From Lama guanicoe (taxonomy: Eukaryota): a stretch of DNA of 62,000 nucleotides. The DNA lies in contig MU054323.1 in the NCBI GenBank assembly GCA_013239625.1, positions 11,615,815 to 11,677,814 of the forward strand, read 5' to 3'. The notes below the pieces were generated by a model. The model was given only the letters and a program-made list of their open reading frames with translations, was not told where the DNA came from and made no database searches. Shown here one piece after another: positions 52,476-62,000 of the stretch. The stretch's first letter is position 1, and each line of letters opens with the position of its first letter. Both the position numbers and the translations under genes were made by a program.

Positions 52476-52559
52476 CTGAGTTCTGGATAGACATTCTCCA
52501 GGTACCACTTGAAGCTCTGGCACTGCAAATTCCTCCTCAGGTCCACTCTGCTCTCAATG
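52476..52559 (-). CDS. GALNT14: GALNT14 coding exon (84 nt), [27 protein letters not shown](R)
   Basis: [15 protein letters not shown] motif at the end of the catalytic domain; acceptor ccccag|C, donor AG|gtacct; phase 2-2. Confidence 0.95.
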
Positions 52560-53021
52560 CTGGGGTGACGGGGGTGGGTAGACACAAAGACAAAATATAG
52601 CTGTGTCAGAGACAGGTACCAGCCACACGCACCCAGGGTGGGAAGTGCAAAACACAGGCTGTGCTCACGCTCTGCGCCCACGTCTCTCCAGAGGGTGCTG
52701 GGGAAATCAACTGAGAGCTCCAGACAGAGCTATGGAAACACTTAGTGATATCTCACAATAATGGCACCGAAGATTTGTGCTTTTATTTGAACACAGAATT
52801 TGAGGGTGTTTTTTACTTTTCATTAAAAACAAGGCTACAAGCACATTCAGTGGGTTGTTAATAATTCACCACCGGGGCTCTGGGTCTACTTACTCACAAA
52901 TCTCTCTTTGGCTTCAGATGTTGAAATACCATCCCCCTTCTCTAGACCACTCCAGCCTCAGAAAACCCTGTTCTTTAGCTGGTTTGGGGGCGTGGTCATG
53001 TATTTGTTCATCACACTTTTA

Positions 53022-53110
53022 CTCCCATCCAAGTACTAACCAGGCCCGACCCTGCTTAGCTTCCGAGATCAGACGAGATCGGGCGCGTTCAGGGTGGTAT
53101 GGCCGTAGAC
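53022..53110 (-). pseudogene. 3'-truncated 5S rRNA retropseudogene (nt 1-89 of ~120) in a GALNT14 intron
   Basis: Reverse complement reads GTCTACGGCCATACCACCCTGAACGCGCCCGATCTCGTCTGATCTCGGAAGCTAAGCAGGGTCGGGCCTGGTTAGTACTTGGATGGGAG, identical to mammalian 5S as I recall it; flanked by an imperfect 15-bp direct repeat (53009-53023 and 53111-53125). Confidence 0.95.
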
Positions 53111-54924
53111 CATCATACATTTACTGAGGACCTATTATGTGCCGTTGTGCCCATTGTGGGATGTGATGGTAAGCTTTCAAGCAAGAGATGGGTAATGAAT
53201 GAACCAAGTGCTCACAACCTGATGTGGACGTGGGCTGGGCCTGCAGGGGATATGGCAGCCCCTCAGAGGTGGCCCTTTGCTTGTTGGGGTTGGTGGTGGT
53301 CAGGTGGTAATGTGGAAGCTGGAATCTGGAAGGAAAGTAGACGTTGTCTAGACAAACCACAAAGTGGGTGAGGTGGTAGGCCCTGGTAAGGGCAGGGAAG
53401 AGCCACGAGAGATGAGTGTGTGTGAAGTGGGAAGGGTTCCGCTGGCAGGAGCAGCGCTACAGGAAGCTAGAATATGTATGGGAGGAGAAGAGAAGCGGGG
53501 GCGGAGGGAGGACAGACACAGACCATAAAGGGTCTGGTGGAGGAGCTTGGGCTTTAAGGGCAATGGGATGCCAAAGACGGGTTCTCAGCAGAGCATGACA
53601 TGGTGATGCCCGTCCTTTAAGAGCATCTTACTTATGGTGAACAGATCTGATGGGCAAAGCTAGGAGCGTGGATAGGAGGCAGCTGTAGAAACCAAGGTAC
53701 TGACCATGCTTTCTGGCAGAGAAGTGGGGGCGGGAATGGAGAACAGGGACAGGTGCGAGTCCCTCCATTTCTCTCCGTCCGCACCACCAGTCCTGCCTGA
53801 GTTCCCTTTACACCTTGTCCTTCCTGGGCAACCACACAGAACTGGCCCTGCTCTGTCCAGCTTCACCTCCTTCCACCCCAGAGATGGGACCAGGTGCTTT
53901 CAAGGGACTAGGACTTCTTATTCAGCACTAACCACATTTCCTCATCAGACTCTAATCAACAAGAGGGCAGGAATAACATTTTTTTAATGCTAAGTTTAGT
54001 ATTTCTGAACAGTAAATGTTCAGTATTTGCAAGAACCCGGATGCTCAGTGCATGAATGAGGCAGGATCTCCAGGATTTGGTGATTGTTTAGATGTGGGAG
54101 TGCGGTCAAGGTTGACATGCAGATTTCTGGCTTGGACAACAAGATGCAAGGAAGAGTGTGCACGGAGATGGGGAACCTGGGGTGAGGGGCCAGTTCAGGA
54201 ATGAAGAGGATGCATTCAGTTAGGACTTGCTGAGTTGGAGCACCCTGGGAGACACCCAGGCAGAGATGTCCAGCTGCTACTTGGATCCAAGGGATGGCAC
54301 TCAGAGACAAGGTGCAGGTTAGGGATGGAGATGCGAGTGTGAGCAGTACACAAGCGGTGGTTGATGCCAGGGAGAATGTGGAGTGAGAGGAGGGCTTATG
54401 ACAGACTCTCAGGGAAGACCAACATATAAGGATGGGGAGAGTCCCCCGCAAAGGGGCCTGGGAGAGGGCAACCTGCACTGTGGGACAAGAGCCAAGCCTG
54501 CAGTTCTGGAAACCCAGAGGTCAGAGGTGCGCCTGAAGGGGGTTAGGTGTGAGAAGACTCATACCAGTGGGGTAACACAGAGGAAGGTGAGGGGCCCCAG
54601 GGAGTCATGGGTGGGCCAGGTGGGAGTGATAGCAGGGGTGGAAGGCACAGCCTCAGATCACAGTCAGGAGAGGAGCTGGGGGAGCGATGCAGGCAGCTTT
54701 CATGAAACTTGGCTCTGAAGAAGCAGAAGACAGGGTGTAGGTGACAAGCATTGTTGGATTGAGAAAGAGTTCTTGTAGTTTGTTTTCTTTCCTTCTCTTC
54801 TTTTCTTTTTAAAAGCTGTGTAAGATACTGAATAAATTTAAATGCTAATGGGAATCATGCAAAAGAGAAGAGAGACTGGTGATCAGGGAGAGAGAAGGCG
54901 CACGGAGGACAAAGTCCCCTGGAA

Positions 54925-55248
54925 CAGTGGACCCCACACTGTCTGCACATAAGAATCACCTGGTGGGGGGTGGTCTTTTACACATTCCATAGCCCAGGCC
55001 ACAGCCCAGACTAAATCCACTCTCTGGGGGTGGAGTAGAGGCATCAGTATTCTTTGAAGCTCCCCTGGTGATTGCGATGTGCGGGCAGTTTGAGAACCAT
55101 TGCCCTGGAACCTTGCTCCTGAGGTCCTCAGACCAGTAGCACAGCATCACCTGGGAGCTTATTAGAAATGCAGACCTACCGAGCCAGAATCCACATTTTA
55201 ACAAGATCCCCAGGAGATCTGTGTGTACATTAAAGTTTGAGAAGCCAG
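54925..55248. mobile_element. Two adjacent MER5-family (hAT-Charlie) elements
   Basis: cacataagaatcacctgg..cagtttgagaaccattg (54925-55101); cagcatcacctgggagcttattagaaatgcag..aaagtttgagaagc (55110-55248). Confidence 0.8.
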
Positions 55249-56199
55249 CAGGCAGGAGGAGATGAATCTAGGCAGTAGGAACTCGATAAACGTTGATTTA
55301 TGAGTGAATGTAGGAGTGAAGGGTGCATCTGGAGAACAGGTAGAGGGCTGCCCTGATACCGCAGGGGGCACACCTTGTGTGATGAAAGAGACCAGAAGAA
55401 TGGTGCAGATACAGTGAAGTTTATAGGTTGGTGTGTCCTGGGAAGTTGATGCTATTTCATCTATAAAGCAGAGGTGTCATCTGCTGTGAGTGAAAGGACG
55501 GGGGCAGATGCAGCAGCTGGGGAGAGCAGAGACGGTACAAATGGAGACTGAGAAGGAACGCTGGCCAGGCCAGGTGGCGGGACCAAGACATCCACTGAGG
55601 GCCTCTCTGAGACTGATGATGGCCACGGAGTGTTAGCAGCACTGGCTAATTCCCAGAACTGCTCAGCAGCATGTGCCGAGGGGAGAAAAGTTCAAAGTCA
55701 GGCTCATCCAGGGTTGAGAGAACTTCACTTGGGATGTTGACAGATGCTCAACAGGGCAAAAGACCTGAGGACATCTTTTAAGCACTCTTTTTAAACAAGA
55801 GTGGAACCCAAGCTGGAGAAGGAAGGAAGTGAAGAAAGGAGGGATGGATGGACATGGCCAATGGACTGGAAGTTAAATGAGGACTCAGAATAAATTCCTG
55901 AGGAGGCTCTGATCAGGAGAACCGGAGGGACAGCGTGGGTTTACGGTTTTAGGAATACAGATCATTTTGGTGGGGTCTAGTTTCATCTTCTCGAGCAGTG
56001 ATGGGCTCCACCTATGACATGGAGTCTGCAAAAATCCCATCTGCTCAACAGCCTCAGAATGACTGAGGGATATTAGATGACAAAAAGCCACTGGTTGTCT
56101 CTCCCCAAAAGGGGAAGGATAATATCAGTGAAGCTGCCATTTTTCTCGACTCAAATCAGCTCTGGGTTGGGGAACATGACATCATATTGTTTTGGAACC

Positions 56200-56370
56200 A
56201 GACAGGTGTGGTCTGAGCCTACTCCTGCAGGGGTGTGAGCCAGGGCAACTACCTTAAACTGTAAAAAGCCTCAGTCTCCTCATCTGTAAAACAGGAGTGA
56301 TTATACCCATTTCTCAGTTTGAGGAGGACTAATGAGACATCTTATGTAATGGTATCTGGCATTTAATGCC
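56200..56370 (+). mobile_element. MIR SINE
   Basis: gcctcagtctcctcatctgtaaaacagg, the MIR core. Confidence 0.7.
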
Positions 56371-56615
56371 CTTCCCTGTCCTATTCTATCCCTACAAAGC
56401 TGGAGCACTGCTCTAGGGGAGACCTCCTGCTACTGCTCCTCCCAGACAGGAGCAAGAAGGGACATGAAGGGAGAACAGCCTCAGCCCGGGCCCTGAAGAG
56501 ACCACAGGCTTGGAGACCAGCTGAGCAGATAGGCCTGTAGGGACCACTTGCGTCGGGCCTGTGAGCCATGGCTCCTCTTAACTCTCTGCACAAACCAACT
56601 AGAAGGGAGACTTAC

Positions 56616-56708
56616 TTTCCAAAGGGTCTCTCCAGGGCGAATGGCCGGGATGCATAATAGTACTGTTTGTATTCATCCATCCACACTTCGGCTGTCCGCT
56701 TGGTGTTC
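56616..56708 (-). CDS. GALNT14: GALNT14 coding exon (93 nt), [30 protein letters not shown](N)
   Basis: AEVWMDEYK GalNAc-T motif; acceptor ccccag|G, donor AA|gtaag; phase 2-2. Confidence 0.96.
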
Positions 56709-57929
56709 CTGGGGAGACAGGAGGTGTCGGGGAGGGGCCATCTGAGAGGGAGCTGGGACGCATCCAGGTAAAATACACACACTCGGCAAGCTAGCAGTGT
56801 CACCCAGGTGGGGGCTACCACAGTCCAGTAGTGCTAGTCTCCCCAGAGTGCTGAGCCTAGCCACGTCCACCAAGTCCAAAGGGGCCTGTACCCCAAGACA
56901 CAGAATTTCAGTAGTCACGATGTATTCTTTCCCAAAAGGTACAGACTAGAGAAATTACACCAGAAATTGGACTTCTATGGCGCTCGACAAAGAAATTAAA
57001 AAAAAAAAAAACCACAGGGAGGAAAAAGCCAGGAGAACCTGGGGCATCCCTTTGGTGGGAGTACAAGCAGAGAATGTTGACAGTCTCTGGCCGCCCATAG
57101 GCTGTGGCTCCAGCTCCAGGTGTCTCCCCTCGAGCTGAGGGCCCAGCTGTCCAAGGGGAAGGTCACACTGGGTCTTCCCACAGGCAGGGAATTAGCTTGG
57201 TGCAGGTGTAGAGGATTAGGTAACCACCACACCATCTTGGTCAGATGTTTTGCCAGCTCCTTCCACTGGCCTAACCAACCCCAATCTGACATGCCCCACA
57301 TCTCCCTCACCTCCCAATGACCCACTGGTGGTGTGTAGGATGCCCCCTGGCCAGGCCCCAGTCTCAAATACAAGGAATGTTCTAGAGCCCAAGGCTCTGC
57401 CCCCTCACATCTAGACTGGCCCCATTTCACATCATGGCCCCACCACTTGCCTACACCAGGTGTCCTCAGCTCACCTTTCCCTTTAAAAAGCCCAGAGCCC
57501 AGGCGGCCCTCCCTTTGTTCCCCGTTCTGCCGCCTGGGTCCTCATGGCCCTGCCCTGCCCACCACGGTGTTATCCCTCCCACAGTCCCCCCCCCCCCCCG
57601 TCCATCCAGGGAGGAGAGAGACAGCCCAGGAGAAAAGCCCCAAAGAGGTGCTTGGCTCCTCCCTCAAACGGACCAAATAAGAGGAAAAAAGGCCAAGGGG
57701 GAAATCAACGGGAGAAATCACGCCAAAGAAAAGGGAGGGAGGGGGCACGGGCACCGCTGAGTCACTGAGTCCTGTTTCCCGGCAAGGAGCCCAGGGCCGC
57801 AGGCCCTCCCCAAGCCTGGCCCCTCCTGTGCACTGGCACGTAGGCTGGATCCACTTGTCCCCAGTCCCTATTCCCGAATCTTCCCAAGGGCCTTTCCCCT
57901 GCCAACCCAGCCTGAAGGCAGGAGTAGCA

Positions 57930-58790
57930 GACCTTCTGGAATTCAGCGGCAAAAACCGGCCGCCCTTCCCCCACCCTGAATAACCCCAAACTCTCGGAGC
58001 ACTGAGCCCTGCAAGACAGCGTGACTTGAAGCCCCGGAGGCCACACATGGGGCCTTGTCAAGTCTGGAGGAAGCCACCCAGGGAGAACAGACGCGGAGCC
58101 TCCAGCCTAAAGCCGGAGAGACAGGCCAGGCCTCCGCAGCTGAGGCAGAGGCCGAGCGGGCGTGACACACCACCCCCATCCCCCCAGAACACTCAGGCAG
58201 CCTACCAGAGGCCCCGGGACAACCACAACCCGTCACCACAAAAGCCCTCGGCCACGGCCGCCCCCATGGAGCCCCTGCGACGCCCCCTTACTTTATGTAC
58301 GTGTTGGCGTTTCCATCCGGGAAAACATACGGGTGCTTCTTCCGGAAGACGTGGCCCACTCGGCTGCAGGGCACGATCTCTAGGCTGCCCCCGCACATCC
58401 ACACTCTGAAGGAGATTTCTGCAGGACAGCCACGCACCCCGCCATCACTGCTCTGCCTCCCGGACAGAGGGGACACAGGATGGCAGCTTCCCGACACCGG
58501 GCGCCAGGTCGAGGGGAGCGGGGAGGGCCTGCTGCGCCCGGCCTCGGGCGCCGGGCTTCCGCGCCGCCTCCGCTGCCGGAGGGCGTGCTCCGCGGGCGGG
58601 GCGAACTCGGTTTCCCAGCCTGCAACGCGGCTGGTAATAACTCACACCTGGGAGGGCGGTTTGCGTTCACACGGCAGTGGTCGCCGCGGAGGAGCACGTA
58701 TCTAAACGCCTTACGTCCCCGCCCTCGTGAAGGGCCGTGCTTACGCCTCGGCAACACTCAGGGGCCAGCATGGTCAGGTGTGATGCTTTA
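57930..58790. promoter_or_regulatory. Intragenic CpG island overlapping GALNT14 exon 58292-58418
   Basis: About 35 CpGs by hand count in 58501-58750, against strong CpG depletion elsewhere; GC box gggcgggg near 58594-58601. Confidence 0.75.
58292..58418 (-). CDS. GALNT14: GALNT14 coding exon (127 nt; exon 10 by recalled human numbering), (E)[41 protein letters not shown](K)
   Basis: GalNAc-T catalytic motif [21 protein letters not shown]; acceptor ctgcag|AA at 58419-58420, donor AA|gtaag at 58291; phase matches the next exon. Confidence 0.96.
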
Positions 58791-60799
58791 GCCTGGAACA
58801 GAGAAGCCTGGGGGCAGTGACAGACCTGCTTATGAACACGTGTAAGGCTTCAGTGTGGAACATGGATTGGACTCGCTCGAATGACCTCAGAGGATTAGAC
58901 CCAGGACCGAGGACGAAGAATTTCCATTAGACTAGGGAGAATTTTCTGACGGGCAAGGTCCAGATAGAAGAGGCTGTCATAGTCAGTGTGTTTGCCATCC
59001 AGACAGGCTAGAGAGTCACCTGGTCAGGATGCGACACAGAGGACCAGTTCCCAGGAGGCACCTGCACAAGGTGTCCAGGACAGTTCCTCCCAATGCTGCG
59101 ACTGCAATTCTGCCTCCCGCAACGGCACCTGAATGCCATCCTGGAGAAGGAAGTCTAGGCCGTAGCCTAGAGCTGCGAGCAACATAAAAAGTGCTGGAAG
59201 CCTCAAAGCTGTTGCTGGGGGTGCTTCCCTGGGTGGGGATTCTCCACACACTCATTTTTTCCTGGTTGGCTGCTGCCGCGGGGTGGTGTTAGCCGAGGTG
59301 GCTGGGGAGGCAGGCATGTGCATTTCTCCCTTGGGGATGCTTACTGCAGGCTAGGAGCAGCGGTTCTGCTCCCAGAGGAAGCAGTGGAATACCAAGGTGA
59401 TGGGGGACGATCTTATCATTGCCATTGTTTAGAATTGCTGAACGACTGTTCCGTGGATTTATTATTGTAACTTCTCTGCACCTGCATCCCCTTACTGACT
59501 GCACCCAGGGCAGGCTGCTTCCCACACCCCCTGGATATGCCACTGGTGGGAAAAGCTTCTGCAGTGAAGCTCAAGTATGAGGACAGGCTGGCTCAGGAAA
59601 AACCAATGCCTGTAGGTGACTGCCCTGGAAGTGGGCGGGGGCCCTAGAAGTGAGCTGGGGGGTCCACAAGTAGGGAATGAGGAAGCGGGGATTCCAGCGC
59701 CATCCCACCGCATACTGCCCTGCACCCCCAGCACCTTGGGCCCCACCTCCCTGGGTTTCTGCTCCAGGGTCCTCTCTTTCATCCTGTGTCCCTCCCACTT
59801 CCTGCTCTCTGTCTCCCTTCATCCCAACTCCCCCAGCAAGTGCTTGGACACAAATTCTTCATCCTGATCCTCACCTGCTCTCCCACTCACCTGTCCTCAG
59901 CCCCTTTTTTGTCCCCTTCTGCCGCCTGCCCCGTGTCCCTGCAAAAGCCCCTGAGCTGCAGGCAGGGCTTCCTTGACACCTATACTCCGCCTGCCTGCCC
60001 AGGTGCTCTCCCAAACAGGCTACAGCTCATTGCCAGCGAGCGTGGATTTCCCTCAGAGTGGGGGCAACATGTCCACTAGGATGAAGAAAGGACGTCTCAA
60101 GACTGCTACCAAATGCTGGCAAGAACATGGAGTTGGCAGGGAGACACGGGAAGACCTTTGGCTTTGGGGTCAATGGCCCCAAGTCTGCAGTAACCCACTA
60201 GCTGCATCCCTGGGGAAACCTGCTTGACATCACTGAGGCTGGGTTTTGTCAAATGAAGAGCATAAAATTACTCTGCAGGATGGCTGTTGACATCAAATGA
60301 AACAGAATTTTCAAGAACAATTGTGAAAACTCTTAAGTGTGATTGAAAGAGCAGTGACAACTGTGAAACACTCATCTGAAGCCAGTCTCTTTAAGATGTG
60401 GATGCCGATGGCATCGCCTACCTATGCCCACTTCCAACTTCCTAGACCATTTACAGCTTCCTGCTTCTGCCACAGGGGGCGCTTGAAATTTGTGGACACA
60501 ACGCTGGAGATTTTGACCCTCCATAAAGGTCTGTGACACATGGCGACCTGGCGTTTGGCTGGGGCATCACTGGAATCGTGGGTCCCAGCTTGGTGTTTGC
60601 GGGAGACAGTGAGTGAGTTCAGCTGGCTGCCAGTGCCCACCTCTCCCTCTCGCAGGGGTGCACTGAGGGGCTGATGGGGTTGCTGCAGGGAATTATGATT
60701 GGATGCGTGTCAACTGAGTCTCCAGGTCTAAGGCCTACTGTGCTCCAGTCAACTCCTTTCTGGGATCTCAAAACAACGTCTGCTCCCATTCCCCAAAAG

Positions 60800-61490
60800 G
60801 AAAGCCCTCTCATTCCTCAAAACTAGAGATGGAGGCCTTGCTTACTGAATATAACCTATGAATTTTGTGCCAGCTTTCCTCCAAAAATATGCATATGCTG
60901 CAGCCACGGTCTTTTCCTTTCACGTATTCAAATGAGACATATGTCCCTCCTCATTTGCAGAGCAAATCCCTCCAACTTGTGCCTCAATCCACCCCCAACA
61001 ACACCCCTGAAACCTGTTTCTCTCCCTGTGCTTCCTTGGCCCAGAATTTTGCTTCTCTCTGAATCTGTTGGCCCCCTCTCCCCTCTGCCACAGTCATGTA
61101 CAGGCCCCACTGTGGAAAAGTATGGTCCCCTGACTCTGGTCCTTCTCCATCTTCTCATGGGCTCCTGGCATTCTTCACCCCAAGACTCTGTCTCTGAGTG
61201 TCTTACTGACACTGCTTCCTCATCTCACCCTGACATTCACTTGATGCTAGGGGCTCACCCCCATCCCGCCAGCCCCAGCTCTCCTCTGGTCTCCAGCACG
61301 GACTTCTGTGGCTGCCTTGTGTTCTGTCGAGGTGCACTGGATGCCCTGAGATGCAATACATCTTCTACCCCCATCAGCAACCTCTCATACCGTGTTACAG
61401 CCTGCCTACTCTCTTCCGCCTTGAAAACTGTCCTTCCCCCTCGATTTCCTGTGTCTGTGCTTTGCAACTTCAGAGTATCTTAGTTCTGCA
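60800..61490 (+). mobile_element. Degraded L2 fragment
   Basis: Pyrimidine-rich L2-like motifs (cactggatgccctgagatgc, ccccctcgatttcctgtgtctg). Confidence 0.5.
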
Positions 61491-62000
61491 AACATGAAAT
61501 GTGGGAGGAATGACCCCTTCATATACTCCTGGGCTGGGCTTTGTCTGGTCCTGGGCTTTGTCTGGTCCTCTCTGGGGCGCTAACTTAGCCATCCTCACAA
61601 CCCCACCCATGTTTGTTGGTGTTATTTTACGATGTAGAAGGAGTTCTGATAGGACAGCTGACAGCAGGTAGCTGGAAACTGAAGCACATCCCCCCAACTC
61701 TAGAACTCAAGCCCTTGCCCTGATTCCACCTCTCTCAGTGCTGAACACCCACCATCAGCCAATATGGCTGTGGATACAAAGATGCTGACTTCAAGACACC
61801 ACAGGATAACAAGAGAGAAAGATCTATAACCAGCTGTCACATTTCTATCTCCTCCACTCCTTCAGCCAGTACTAACAACTGTCTGTCCCAGCTCGCCTTC
61901 AGGCCAGCTGACATTGCCCACAGGAGCCAGCAGCCTGAGATGCAGTAAGAGCTTCTCAGCTCTGGAGTTTAGATTGTCCTAACCAAGGTGATCTGAAACG

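Larger units (their letters stand above)
53000..55900 (-). mobile_element. Long fragmented L2, host of the 5S retrocopy and MER5 elements
   Basis: 3' end catttactgaggacctattatgtgcc; internal ttggtgattgtttagatgtggg, gatgtccagctgctacttggat motifs. Confidence 0.7.

Noticed and set aside
53022..53110. Functional 5S rRNA gene
   Set aside because: Lacks the last ~30 nt, part of the C box and the native terminator; single copy with a target-site duplication
57434..58791. Cluster of overlapping 100-170 aa ORFs on both strands
   Set aside because: Expected from stop-codon scarcity in GC-rich DNA; only the GALNT14 exon frame has homology support
60932..61483. Longest ORF in the track (183 aa, + strand)
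   Set aside because: Low-complexity Leu/Pro/Ser translation of pyrimidine-rich L2-derived intronic DNA, antisense to GALNT14; no recognisable domain
61534..61567. 17-bp tandem duplication ctgggctttgtctggtc
   Set aside because: Ordinary intronic micro-duplication
58419..62000. The preceding GALNT14 exon (TPIIAGGLF..WGGENF)
   Set aside because: Motif not found; the intron extends beyond the window end

Overview
Mammalian genomic DNA, most likely a camelid (alpaca, llama or camel). It carries a Vic-1-like tRNA-derived SINE, and I saw no Alu, Bov-A/BovB, PRE-1 or CAN SINEs. The only protein-coding gene I can support is the 3' half of GALNT14 (polypeptide N-acetylgalactosaminyltransferase 14) on the minus strand. 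Six coding exons (58418-58292, 56708-56616, 52559-52476, 51988-51844, 41709-41590, 40390-40232) have GT-AG boundaries and splice into one open 728-nt frame. They encode the end of the catalytic domain and the ricin-type lectin domain, followed by a ~0.4 kb 3'UTR with an AATAAA. The upstream exons lie beyond the window. Positions 1 to ~39800 are intergenic and full of old MIR, L2, L1, MaLR/ERVL LTR and hAT repeats; repeat boundaries are approximate and subfamily names come from recalled consensus sequences. Almost all ORFs in the supplied track are spurious. I found no convincing novel biological system. The best second-look items are a pristine tailless 5S rRNA retrocopy, an intragenic CpG island over a GALNT14 exon, several templated (repair-like) insertions, and weak hints of decayed plus-strand exons in the intergenic region.
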